A DNA stretch of 64,000 nt from Octopus vulgaris (Eukaryota), in the NCBI GenBank assembly GCA_951406725.2, contig OX597815.1, forward strand, positions 194,866,001-194,930,000. Direction: 5' to 3'. Position numbers and translations under genes: made by a program. Positions within the stretch are counted from its first letter, which is position 1, and each line of letters begins with the position of its first letter. Below, one piece after another: positions 51,533-64,000 of the stretch. The notes below the pieces were generated by a model that had not been told where the DNA came from, did not search any database, and worked only from the letters and a program-made list of their open reading frames with translations.

Positions 51533-52038
51533 CAGTAATCCCTCACCATTTCGTGGTTCCCCTATCACTGTTTATTATTACACTTACGTCAATTTCCCTG
51601 TGGTGTTGTTTTGCATCTATAATAAATTAAATATCTACAAACTCTAAAAATAATTTTAGTAAACACACCAGCATCGGTTGTCAAGCAATGCTAGGGGGAC
51701 AAACACAGACACACAAACACATACACACACACATATACATATACATATATACGACAGGCTTCTTTCAGTTTCCGTCTACCAAATCCACTCACAAGTCATT
51801 GGTCGGCCCGGGGCTATAGCAGAGGACACTTGCCCAAGACGCCACGCAGCGGGACTGAACCCGGAACCATGTGGTTGGTTAGCAAGCTACTTACCACACA
51901 GCCACGCCTGCGCCATATCTACAAACTATATAATTAATTTTAAAAAATATACAGTGCAGTACTGTTTCCACTTCGACGATTCTCATCCACCGCGGGTGTT
52001 TTTAGAACGTAACACACGCGATTGTCGAACGATTTGTG
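51533..52038. mobile_element. Decayed pogo/Tigger-like MITE
   Basis: TA-CAGTAATCCCTC.. start and a degenerate inverted end CGCGATTGTCGAACGATTTGTG-TA. Interrupted by a SINE. Confidence 0.45.
51660..51913 (-). mobile_element. SINE family D (5' part), nested
   Basis: Matches 9595-9866. Confidence 0.85.
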
Positions 52039-52295
52039 TAGAACAAAAAAAATTAAACACTTTTGCCATTAAAAATCTAACGCAACACATGTTCACTCTA
52101 AATGAAGGCACATTTTCACTATTAAATTACGATTACAACTTAATCAAACGGTTTCAGCGATATAATTAAAAGAAATATGAAATATTTGTAAAAATAGTTA
52201 TACTCGATTATTCAATGGCATTCGGATCTCGGGTCATTTCCTCTTTTTTGTGTCAATAAATTTCTTTATGGACTCTCTATACGTTGATGTTTGTG

Positions 52296-52679
52296 GAGGC
52301 GCAATGGCCCTGTGGTTAGGGCAGCGGACTCGCGGTCGTAGAATCGCGGTTTCGATTCCCAGACCGGGTGTTGTGAGTGTTTATTGAGCGAAAACACCTA
52401 AAGCTCCACGAGGCTTCGGCAGGGGATGGTGGTGGTGATCCCTGCTGTACTCTTTCACCACAACTTTCTCTCACTCTTACTTCCTGTTTCTGTTGTACCT
52501 GTATTTCAAAGGGCCGGCCTTGTCACTCTCTGTGTCACGCTGAATATCCTCGAGAACTACGTTAAGGGTACACGTGTCTGTGGAGTGCTCAGCCACTTAC
52601 ACGTTAATTTCACGAGCAGGCTGTTCCGTTGATTTGGATCAACCGGAACCCTCATCGTCGTAACCGACGGAGTGCTTCC
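52296..52679 (+). mobile_element. tRNA(Arg)-like SINE with Deu/Nin-like 3' half
   Basis: 17-bp TSD ATACGTTGATGTTTGTG at 52279-52295 and 52680-52696. Family-B-like head joined to the 3' half seen at 37690-37840. Confidence 0.9.
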
Positions 52680-53087
52680 ATACGTTGATGTTTGTGCTTA
52701 CTTAAATTTCATATGAAAGAAATTTATTTCGTGTACTTTTACAAAATATATTTATTGAACATTGTGGCATGATTCAGATATAGAATACGTGACAGCTCAG
52801 TACTGCACAATCTATATGCAAGCAGAATAAATTACATATAATCACCCACTCATGAACTCTGTCTTTCTTTCTCTCTGTCTCTCCTACACAGAGACTAATA
52901 CACAAAGATATATATTACTCAAGTCAAATCTCTGAATATGTACTTTTGAAATTAAATCGAATTAGCAAATGCGCTGTCCGATCAAATTTCTACAACTATG
53001 CGACAAATATGAGAAGTAAGAGGAGATCTGCTTGATATACTATTACATTTTATTGGCTGGATTAGTCATGGAATAAAATATATTACT

Positions 53088-53130
<43 letters not shown>

Positions 53131-53133
<3 letters not shown>

Positions 53134-53292
53134 TTTCTCTTTTACTTGTTTCAGTATTTGACTGCGGCCAGCTAGCACCACCTTTACTCGAGCAAATCGT
53201 CCCCGGGACTTATTCTTTGTAAGCCCAGTACTTATTCTATCGGTCTCTTTGGCCGAACCGCTAAGTGACGGGGACGTAAACATACCAGCATC

Positions 53293-53379
<87 letters not shown>

Positions 53380-53536
53380 TACGACAGGCTTCTTTCAGTT
53401 TCCGTCTACCAAATCCACTCACAAGGCATTGGTCGGCCCGGGGCTATAGCAGAAGACACTTGCCCAAGATGCCACGCAGTGGGATGAACCCGGAACCATG
53501 TGGTTGGTTAGCAAGCTATTTACCACACAGCCACTA
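53131..53536 (-). mobile_element. SINE family D inserted in (TA)n
   Basis: Colinear with 9435-9866. Confidence 0.9.
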
Positions 53537-54736
53537 TATATATATATATATATATCGTATTATATAATTTTATATAATTATATTATGAAAAATTATACAA
53601 TAATTTCTAACCCCTGTTGGGAAAGCAGTATTAGAGTTTCTCAATGAGAAAATCAGAAATAGTAATGATCGTCTTAAATAAGGTGATAACTGTCATTACA
53701 ACTAACCAGTGGTAAGCTCAACCGATATGACTGCACTTTTATACATGCGTGCAAACAAATGAAATAGTAATCGAAGTATTAGCGTGCTGTACAGAGATAA
53801 GGTTCGTAATAGATTAACTAATACGAGGTTTTGATATTTACTTACAAATAAATCATCACGATTACATAAAATATCGACAATACACTTTACTTAAAATTAT
53901 ACGAACCATCATTAATACGATACAATAACTATATCGTTATCTAGTAATAAACATATTGGATTACTTATGCATTGATACATAAAAATGTGAGATGACCATA
54001 GAAATAATGTCTTTGTAATTTGGTTTATTCGATTAGGACTGTTCTGCAAGAGACCAACAAAATATACCATGTCCCAACGTATGACCTAAAGCAATATTGT
54101 ATGTCTAGGGATTGATTTTATAGAGTTCTTACCATATATATCAAATAATGTATTTTACATTTTGGTATGAATTGCTGTGTAAAATATAAGGGTGATTCGT
54201 TGAACTCATTAAATTTTGCATATCAAATGGCAGGCAACACTTTAGATGAATTGATGTACTATAACTTTTGAAATATGGTCAAACTCCACCATATTTAAAA
54301 ATAAAATTATGTCAATAATCCCATGTATAGTCATATAAGCAGAAAACAATTGGTGATTGTTGTTTGTAAATACGATTTTTTTACAATCAGCAGTCTGAAA
54401 ATATCATTATCATATAGCATGAGGCATGATGTATATACATACCTATATGCTTTTTATTTACTAAGCATATTTCTACTTTAAAATTGTTTCTTTATTGATG
54501 TTTCATCGAAACCCAGTCTTACGAGGATGTTTTTCATTAGAAGCTAAAGCGTCCTTACGTTTAAATATTATTCGACATATTCCTTCTTCCTCAGTGCGAT
54601 TTTGTACTGAGAACGACATACGAAAGATTTACCAAATATTTATGATTTATGGCTATGTAAACAAAATATATATAAATATGTGTGTGTATGTATATAGGTA
54701 TACAGATGTGCATAAATCTGCATTTGCCAACATAAA

Positions 54737-54772
<36 letters not shown>

Positions 54773-54870
54773 GCATTTCATTTCATATTGTTCACGTAAT
54801 AGGCTTTCCGAATAATAAGTTCACTTAGTGGATTAAATTAAGTGCTAGTCAGGACTGTCGCTCAATAACA

Positions 54871-54911
<41 letters not shown>

Positions 54912-55470
54912 CACGTACCTACATACACATATCTATACCTAACTGTGTGTGTGCGTGCGTGTGTGTATGCATGTGTGCGTGTATACGCATGTGTGTATCT
55001 GTTTGCATGAACATACGTGCCTGCGTGTTTCACTGTCTAGGAATCATGTTAGGATTATAATGCGAACCGATTAGATAGCTTGGAATACGTAGTTCAGGAT
55101 ATATTATATAGAAGAGATTGGATGGTTACATAAATATATTTATCGGGAATCCACCGCTGTGATCACATATATCTATGGAATCATTTCCATTCTGAAGAAG
55201 TTTGTAGTTCCACAACTTTATAATAACGTAGGAATTTTAAACGGTAACTTCATATAGAAATAATAAATGACTTACTCTGTTCTTCCTGAGCATTTTCGCA
55301 TTCATCCAACCCCCTTAATATTAGAACCACCATGAATTAATAACCAATAGTAGGTAATAGTATAATGTTTCATAGGTTTTCTAGCGAAAGTGTTGCATAT
55401 TTCCCTTATTTTCTTCAACCATAGGAATGCAGTCACTACTTGTATTTTTAAAGTTGATAATTAATCTAGA

Positions 55471-55556
55471 CGAAACGTTGTGTTAACAAAAAAGATGTGG
55501 ACAAATATTCGTCAAATGTAAATAATGTACATAATTCCTCATCTCTTAAATATAGA
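55471..55556 (+). mobile_element. Truncated copy of the hammerhead tail of the 3366-3685 element
   Basis: CGAAACGTTGTGTTAACAA..ACAAATATTCGTCAAAT..TAATTCCTCATCTCTTAAATATAGA. Confidence 0.8.
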
Positions 55557-56405
55557 TCGTCAAATAATGAATTTAACGGATTAAAATAATGTGCTTTTCA
55601 TTTAAATTGAAACTAGAAATCTTCCCGATTCATTTCTTCTACTAATGAACATTTATTTAATTTAGTGTTACATTTCACAGATGGAGAACCAACGTTCAAT
55701 AGATTTATCCAATTTGTAAATGATCTTTAATCTGAACTATATTTCATTACCATCGTAGAAATAATTAGAACATTCTTGTTAATTATTTGACGGTAATTTT
55801 GAAATACGCCATATATCGAGTGGAAAAATGTAACATTTATTATAACAGAGATTAACTTTCTTGTAATACGTTATAATTTATACACACAACTTTCTGATGA
55901 TTGGTTTTGTTTCAGGTAAAACAAAAATACATTTCCATTTATATATTCAACACTGATTTTATTCGTAGCGTAGCCAAAGTAATTCTAATATTATAGCAGG
56001 CAATTAGCAGATTTCAAAATACATTTTCTCTACGATTTAAGTCTCTCCGTCTAAAGCTGATTTTACATTAATTTAATATTAATTTAATATTAACTTAATT
56101 AATTTCATTGAGACGACATCGCCAGCATTTTCAGTATTAATCATTCGTTAAGTTTACATATATTTAAATTTGTGATAGAATCTCAATGTTCATAATTTAG
56201 CTCCGAAGTCAGTAGATTTGATGAGAATGAGCTTGGCTAAATTATCAACTTCAGTACATGGCTAGCAGTTTATTGTGTCAACCATCAAATGGTTGAAAGG
56301 CAAAGATGACTGCACCGTTGTTTGAGTTCAGAGCTTAAAGAGCTCTTCGAAGCATTTTGCACGATCATTTATATGTATTTCAATGAATGAAATATATAAA
56401 GGTCT

Positions 56406-56891
<486 letters not shown>

Positions 56892-56895
<4 letters not shown>

Positions 56896-57460
56896 ACAAT
56901 AAAGGAACGGCCATAATAGGCCATTCACCCACTAGAAATACCGAATTTAGAAATAGCAGTCAAAGAGAAAATTTATAGCTATTTCTTATACGATATACCG
57001 ATATATCGTATAAGAAATTACAGGGAAATGTTTTAAATCTCATTTTATTTTAGTGGGTGAGCCTATATGCGTTCCTTTATTGTTGATGTTGAACTTAAAA
57101 ATGGTCTATGACTATTTTAATTTTTCCTACTTTGACAAAATTTTTTTGCCACCCTATATTGATTAATTATATATATATATATTCAATAAAGTTTAAACGA
57201 ATGCCTTCACATACCGAATTTAGAAATAGCAGTCAAGAGTTATAGCTATTTCTTCTACTAAAGGAGATCTCAGTAAGGAGATCTCCCTTTTTTGCTAAAT
57301 CTTTGACGCTACATTCGGTATGTGGTATGCAATTCGTTGCTAAACCCTTTGCTTAGTATTACTTAAATTTTCCTCGAATGAGGCTTTTACATGCCGAAGA
57401 CTACTTGGTGTAATTGATAATTATTCCAAATTAATTAATTTCACCCTTCATTATTACGGT
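56892..57460. repeat. Two adjacent imperfect fold-backs of related PLE-like terminal sequence
   Basis: ATCAACAATAAAGGAACG (56892) pairs with CGTTCCTTTATTGTTGAT (ends 57087), centre ATTTCTTATACGATATA-CCGA-TATATCGTATAAGAAAT. CACATACCGAAT (57208) pairs with ATTCGGTATGTG (ends 57324). The fold-backs are separated by (TA)n. Confidence 0.7.
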
Positions 57461-58880
57461 TATATATATATATATATATATATATAAATATATATATGTG
57501 TGTGTGTGTATAAAAAATATATATAAAAATACAAAATGGGACAAGAACGCAAAACATACAAATAGACGACACAAAAAAAACGGAGGGATCATTCGAAGCC
57601 TCTAATCTTCAGTCAAGAACCGGAACATCCTCGCAATTTCGCCTGATTAATCTTGATCGCTCCGGTGTGTGTGTGTGTGTATGTGTATGTGTCTGTATGT
57701 GTGTGTTGTATAGTAACACATAAACATAATACTATAGTCAAAATAGATAAACAGTATGTTATCAAAAATTTGTGTCTCACTGTTACACCTATTCGCTTGT
57801 GATTATGTAGACATTTATCGAGAACTAGTCGAAATCATGCGTATTTATATAAGCTAGGTAATAATTAATCCAGTTTGTATCATATTATGAATATCTGAGA
57901 TATTTGTTTAATCGTTATAAAAAAATAGCAACCTGGCATCAACTTTATATCAGTAGCAAGTATATATGCATTTTGTCTATAATTCCAACCTTGTGAAGCC
58001 AGGAAATGCGAGCAATGTACCGAACGTCGTTGCGAGTATTGATTTTAGGAGAAAATCATTTGTATGGAAGTTAATTAGCTTTGGAACCATTTTGACAGAT
58101 TCCAGAGAAATATGTCAATTATTCTATTTACTCGGTATCTTGTTTATTTCTAATTTCCTTTTTGTAATTTGTTTAAAAATTTAATGAAATATGGTGTTTT
58201 AGATATCTAAACAATCAATGAGGTTAGCAAAGTAACACGTTTTTTATGAATATACATTATTCTCTATCAGACAAGGTCTTTCAAACCCGAAATATGATGT
58301 CAGGTCGTTTAGAGAGTGATTGATTACATTTTCGTCATGCTACAACGAATCAGTTACGTTATTGTTACTGTGTCGGCTACCCTAATCTTGTATCAGAATT
58401 ATATTATCATATGTCTTGCTTATATTATTCAGAAATATGCAACAATAGATCGCCTTTGAATTAATCAAACCATCTACTATTATGAAAATTTGAATAATAT
58501 TATATAAATATCCAAACTATTTTCTCTCGAAGTAAAAAACCTGAAAGTCACAGCCAATATAAACTTAGTTAAGCGCCAAAATTGTTCGTCTCTACCTTTA
58601 AAAATATATTATGAATCCCTCTGAGGGAGAATAAAGACAGCAATTGCTGGTGTGTATCACGTAAACGAATATGAATGACTGAAATGTTATGACAACGACC
58701 TTTATATCTGAAAAGGCTGCCAGATTCATAAGGCTGATTATACTAAAATACAAAGTGAACGTAAAGATTGAAAATACTCCAACTTTCCACCTTAACTGAT
58801 TAATTGAGATAATAAAATCGTTAGTTTTTGGATTTGGTTTGCAAGATTCCTTATATGAGTTCGTGTGTTGAAGCATATTC

Positions 58881-59019
58881 TGTTGTGTCTGGGGAGAGTC
58901 ATTTACTTTTTGTGTCTTATAATTTAGGAAAATAGAAATAAGAAATAAGTGGTAATTATGCTGGTAAGTGTGTTACATTATAAAGCACCAAAAGAAAATG
59001 ACTCTCCCCAGACACAACA
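58881..59019. repeat. Fold-back of the 13760-type repeat
   Basis: Perfect 24-bp arms TGTTGTGTCTGGGGAGAGTCATTT (58881-58904) and 58996-59019, extending imperfectly inward. Confidence 0.8.
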
Positions 59020-60094
59020 AAATCGTTACTATTTTTAATTATTATTCTGATGCTTGATAACCAGGCAGTGTGTTTGAGTTTGAGCTTTTTTTTCATAAAT
59101 TGTTGTTCGATAAATGCTTACATAAAGCTTAAATGGTTTATACTTGGAAGAGAATGATAAATAGAGAAAACATGTTATTGAAAAGGACAATTAGATATAA
59201 AATATTTCATATCTTGCTGTTTTGCTGCTGGTGAGTAACATTATATGATACTTGATAGGGTAGAAGGCGCTCATGTGGTGATCATCAAATCTTTCTCTCA
59301 AACACATTGAATCCAAATCAGCATCATTCTGATATATATTATTTTTCCGTTTATTAAATTAGAAGGGAGTGACTGGAACAGATGCGGCTGCTGTTTTTAC
59401 CTGCTCTAGTGAATATGCATACAATTTTTCAGTTCCCCGCAAGATACGTTTATAACTGTAGCCGGTTGATTGTCGAAATTATAATAATATGTAGCAAGTG
59501 CTTTTTCCAGATGTTAAACATGAAATTTCAAGACGACATACACACTTCTGACATTACACGTAAAAATAAAAAAAATATCCTTAATAATGTCAGACATATA
59601 TGCGGTATAACAGGAAACTTAAATATAATAGTGCAACAGTATTGAATTCACATAGTTAAAGAGAGATTGTCGATGCAACTATATCGCATCAAACTTAATG
59701 CTTCCCGTTTCTGGGAGAAATATCAAACTGACATTTCATTTCGCAGGAAACCAGTACAAGAGATTGAGTTTAAAGTGGGAAATGAATTTAGCAAACTGAA
59801 TTATGCTTCATAAAAGATACATCATGCATTTCCAGTAATATCGGAACTGTCGATAATGTTGTATGACATCACTTCACATCTGATGAAATTAGTAAATACA
59901 TTTGAAAATGTCACGTTACAAAGTTTCTAGAGCTTATTTTACGGGCTTCCAATTATAGCGAACTTTAACAAAAATTTCAGCTTAAATGCAATCTAATTTT
60001 TCCGACTTCCTATATCTAGTGTTATGAAGCAGAAGTAATATCCGTATCCAGGTTTACATATATACATACATACATACATATATATTTTTTAATT

Positions 60095-60107
60095 ATATAT
60101 ATATATA

Positions 60108-60183
<76 letters not shown>

Positions 60184-60215
60184 TATATATATATATATAT
60201 GTATATATGTGTGTG

Positions 60216-60262
<47 letters not shown>

Positions 60263-60390
60263 ATATACATACAGACACACTTATATATATATATATTATA
60301 TATATATATATACATACAGACACACTTATATCTATATACATTTACACACATACACACATACGCACACACACATATATATATATATATCTA
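60095..60390. repeat. (TA)n-rich compound microsatellite
   Basis: Direct inspection. Confidence 0.95.
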
Positions 60391-60781
60391 TTCATATGCA
60401 TATACGACTGTGAGCGTTAATACAGATATACACACACACATAAATAAATATGCATACATTATATAATGTTGTACATTTATATGTATATTCATTCCCGTTA
60501 ATTGTATCAACTAGAAAACTTTTCAGAGAAAAAGTTTCGAAAGGTATTTTTTTTTTATTAAAAAATATTTCCATCATACATTTACTTTCATTTCTATAAA
60601 TTACCGTCCAGGATTTCCTTGATGGGAAATTGACATTCTGAAAAAGTCAGTACTGTATCATCCACTCAAATATCCGTAAACATATGGGCTTATATACATA
60701 CTTATACATGCACTTATATTTCTACATGTGTCTGACTATATACAAAGTTAAATATATATATATATATATGTATATATATAT

Positions 60782-61431
<650 letters not shown>

Positions 61432-61478
61432 GTGGTGGTGGTATATATATATATATGTGTGTGTGTATGTATGTATGC

Positions 61479-61546
<68 letters not shown>

Positions 61547-61589
61547 ATGGAGAAAATGGAGAAAACGTTTGAACAACAAACAAACAAAT

Positions 61590-62055
61590 TGACGAAATAC
61601 CGCGAAGCAATTCGCCGACATGTTAACGCTTCTTATTTCTTTACTGTCCACAAGGGCCTAAATATAGAGGCGACGACAAACAAGGACAGACAAACAGATT
61701 AAGTCAATTACATCGAACCCTAGTTCGTCACTGGTACATAATTTTTCGGTCACGAAATGATGAAAGGCAAAGTCGACCTGGACGGAATTTGAACTCAGAA
61801 CGTAACGGCTGACGAAATACCTATTTCTTTACTACCCACAAGGGGCCAAACACAGAGAGGGCAAACAAGGACAGAGAAAACAGATCAAGTCGATTACATC
61901 GACCCCAAGCCGCAATTGGTACTTAATTTATTGACCCAGAAAGAATGAAAGGCAAAGTCGACCTCGGCGGAATTTGAACTCAGAATTCAACGGCAGACGA
62001 AATACAGCTATGCATTTCGCCCGGCGTGCTCGCGTTTCTATCGGTTCGCCGTCTT
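61590..62055 (-). mobile_element. SINE family A multimer
   Basis: Two tail 1 units plus a head remnant. Junctions at ~61633 and 61821. Confidence 0.88.
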
Positions 62056-62224
62056 TCTAGAGCGGAAATATTCTGGAAAGAATGTTTTCGAGCAATTTTT
62101 CTTTCTTTTTGAAGCCTAATATAAAAGTTAAATACAGCATCGTTATATGGCTTTTGGACATATTTTTATTATCAATTTCTGGATTTCTGCATATAGTATT
62201 GTAGAATTATCTACTGTGTTTTCG

Positions 62225-62303
<79 letters not shown>

Positions 62304-63745
62304 CAACCTTTATTACATGTTGAGGAATGTAGTGTTGCAATATCTATGTCGAAAATGCATGGAAAAGAGCGAGGTATGCGTTGCTTTTATGAAGAATGTA
62401 GCTATTTTATTAACGGAATTTATAGTTCCTTATTTGCGCTGGAATTGTATATTACTTCGGTAGTGCGCTCACTTTTCCATTGTTTTTTGTTTGCTTTTGA
62501 TTTTGAACAATGTAATACTTTTGTGTTGAAGAGAAAGTGTTTCTTTCTGGCTCTTTAATAATAAGCTCAAATATTGACTTTACGTTTACTTTTCATATTT
62601 GTATCGATTCCGAATTTTATCAATATCTTTAACAAGATGAGACTTAGAGAGCCAGTATGTTAATACCTATTAATAAAAGTCTTAAAATATGCATATTTTG
62701 GAGTCACGTATGTATGCATATATATATATATATATATATACACACGCGAACATATATATATGTGACAGGATTTCTGCTAGTGGCCGTGATTATTACAATG
62801 GAGATTTCTTCATAATCTTTGTTTGGCAGGATTAGAAATTAAAAGAAATTATAAGACGGCAAAATGCTAAAAGTTAAAAAAAGTCAGACGTAAAAACATA
62901 TACCTTCAAGCTGTAAGATGCTTCAAAAGTTGAAACTGTTTCTTTTATTTCATTGAGCTGTCGGTTTTAATCATTACATTTTTTTGTAATGGAATCACAA
63001 ATAATTTTTACTCGGCCATATCATCATCATCCGAAAGTGATGATTAAGAATAACTACAAGAGATGGATTTGTGATTCGAACTAGAGAGTGATAATTCCTT
63101 ATTTCAAATAATGTTTTATGCCTAATAGTGTGTGGTTTCTGCCCTTTTCTGTCAAAATAAACTCATCATTCTCTAATTAGTTGGTATGAAATAATAAGCT
63201 ATAATAATGTATAAAACTTAAGATCCCAGGCAAAAAATGTTAAACGTTGCCATATTCCACGGTACATCTTTAAAATACAATTTCACCAGTTTTCAATAAA
63301 TCATATGTACATGTGTTTCCCTTATTCATAAAAATGTATTCCTAGACATTGAAAAAAATACTTTAAATATTGGTTCCTATACATTGGCACAATATTTGTT
63401 CCTATACATTGAAAAACTACTTACAGTGAAAATAAACATTACTGATGGAAAGATGCTAGTCATATGAAATCACCTAGGCTAGGAGAGTGCTACGAGACGA
63501 AAATAATTCCATCAGTATTATCAGAGATTGCCCAAATAATACTAATGAAAAATAATTTTTATTCACTTCAGACATATTAATTGCAGTCATTATCATTCGA
63601 AGGTAAAGAGACAAAGGTTGCTAATTCTTATTTGACAAAATGTCACTTATGGAAATGGAATCTGATTCTTATTTTCTGTCCGACTAATTTGGTTTGATTT
63701 GTTTTCCAGCCGTGTTTGCCTCTTCTGATATCAATATCGATATTA

Positions 63746-63975
<230 letters not shown>

Positions 63976-64000
63976 ATAACGATAGACATATAGGTATATA

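Noticed and set aside
51678-52169. 163-aa ORF
   Set aside because: It reads through an antisense SINE and a MITE, with no recognisable domain.
57530-57665. Possible further PLE terminal fragment with CTGAAGA on the minus strand
   Set aside because: Truncated, and the stems cannot be closed convincingly.

Overview
AT-rich, microsatellite-dense eukaryotic DNA. The SINE repertoire points to an octopus or other coleoid cephalopod (inference). I found no intact host protein-coding gene; most long ORFs are translated microsatellites. The window is a mosaic of mobile elements: a 5'-truncated L1/Tx1-type LINE with a 16-bp TSD (9906-12739), an ORF2-deleted relative (2977-5435), CR1/L2-group and HERO-like LINE ends, Penelope-like (PLE) remnants including a GIY-YIG domain, several modular tRNA-derived SINE families, a Helitron, MITEs and an Academ-like remnant. 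Two systems stand out. (1) A Tx1-like LINE shares its non-polyA 3' end with an abundant SINE, and both the LINE and the SINE tail repeatedly join the same GGTATTTC site inside the SINE head, which suggests a self-targeting SINE/LINE pair. (2) Several minimal hammerhead-ribozyme motifs sit in PLE-type fold-backs, a 284-bp palindrome and a tRNA-headed SINE. They show three different base pairs at core positions 3:8 (C-G, U-A, G-C). There is also a permuted hammerhead-like motif in the HERO-like 3' UTR. All calls come from reading the sequence by eye. Boundaries are approximate unless a TSD or TIR is given.
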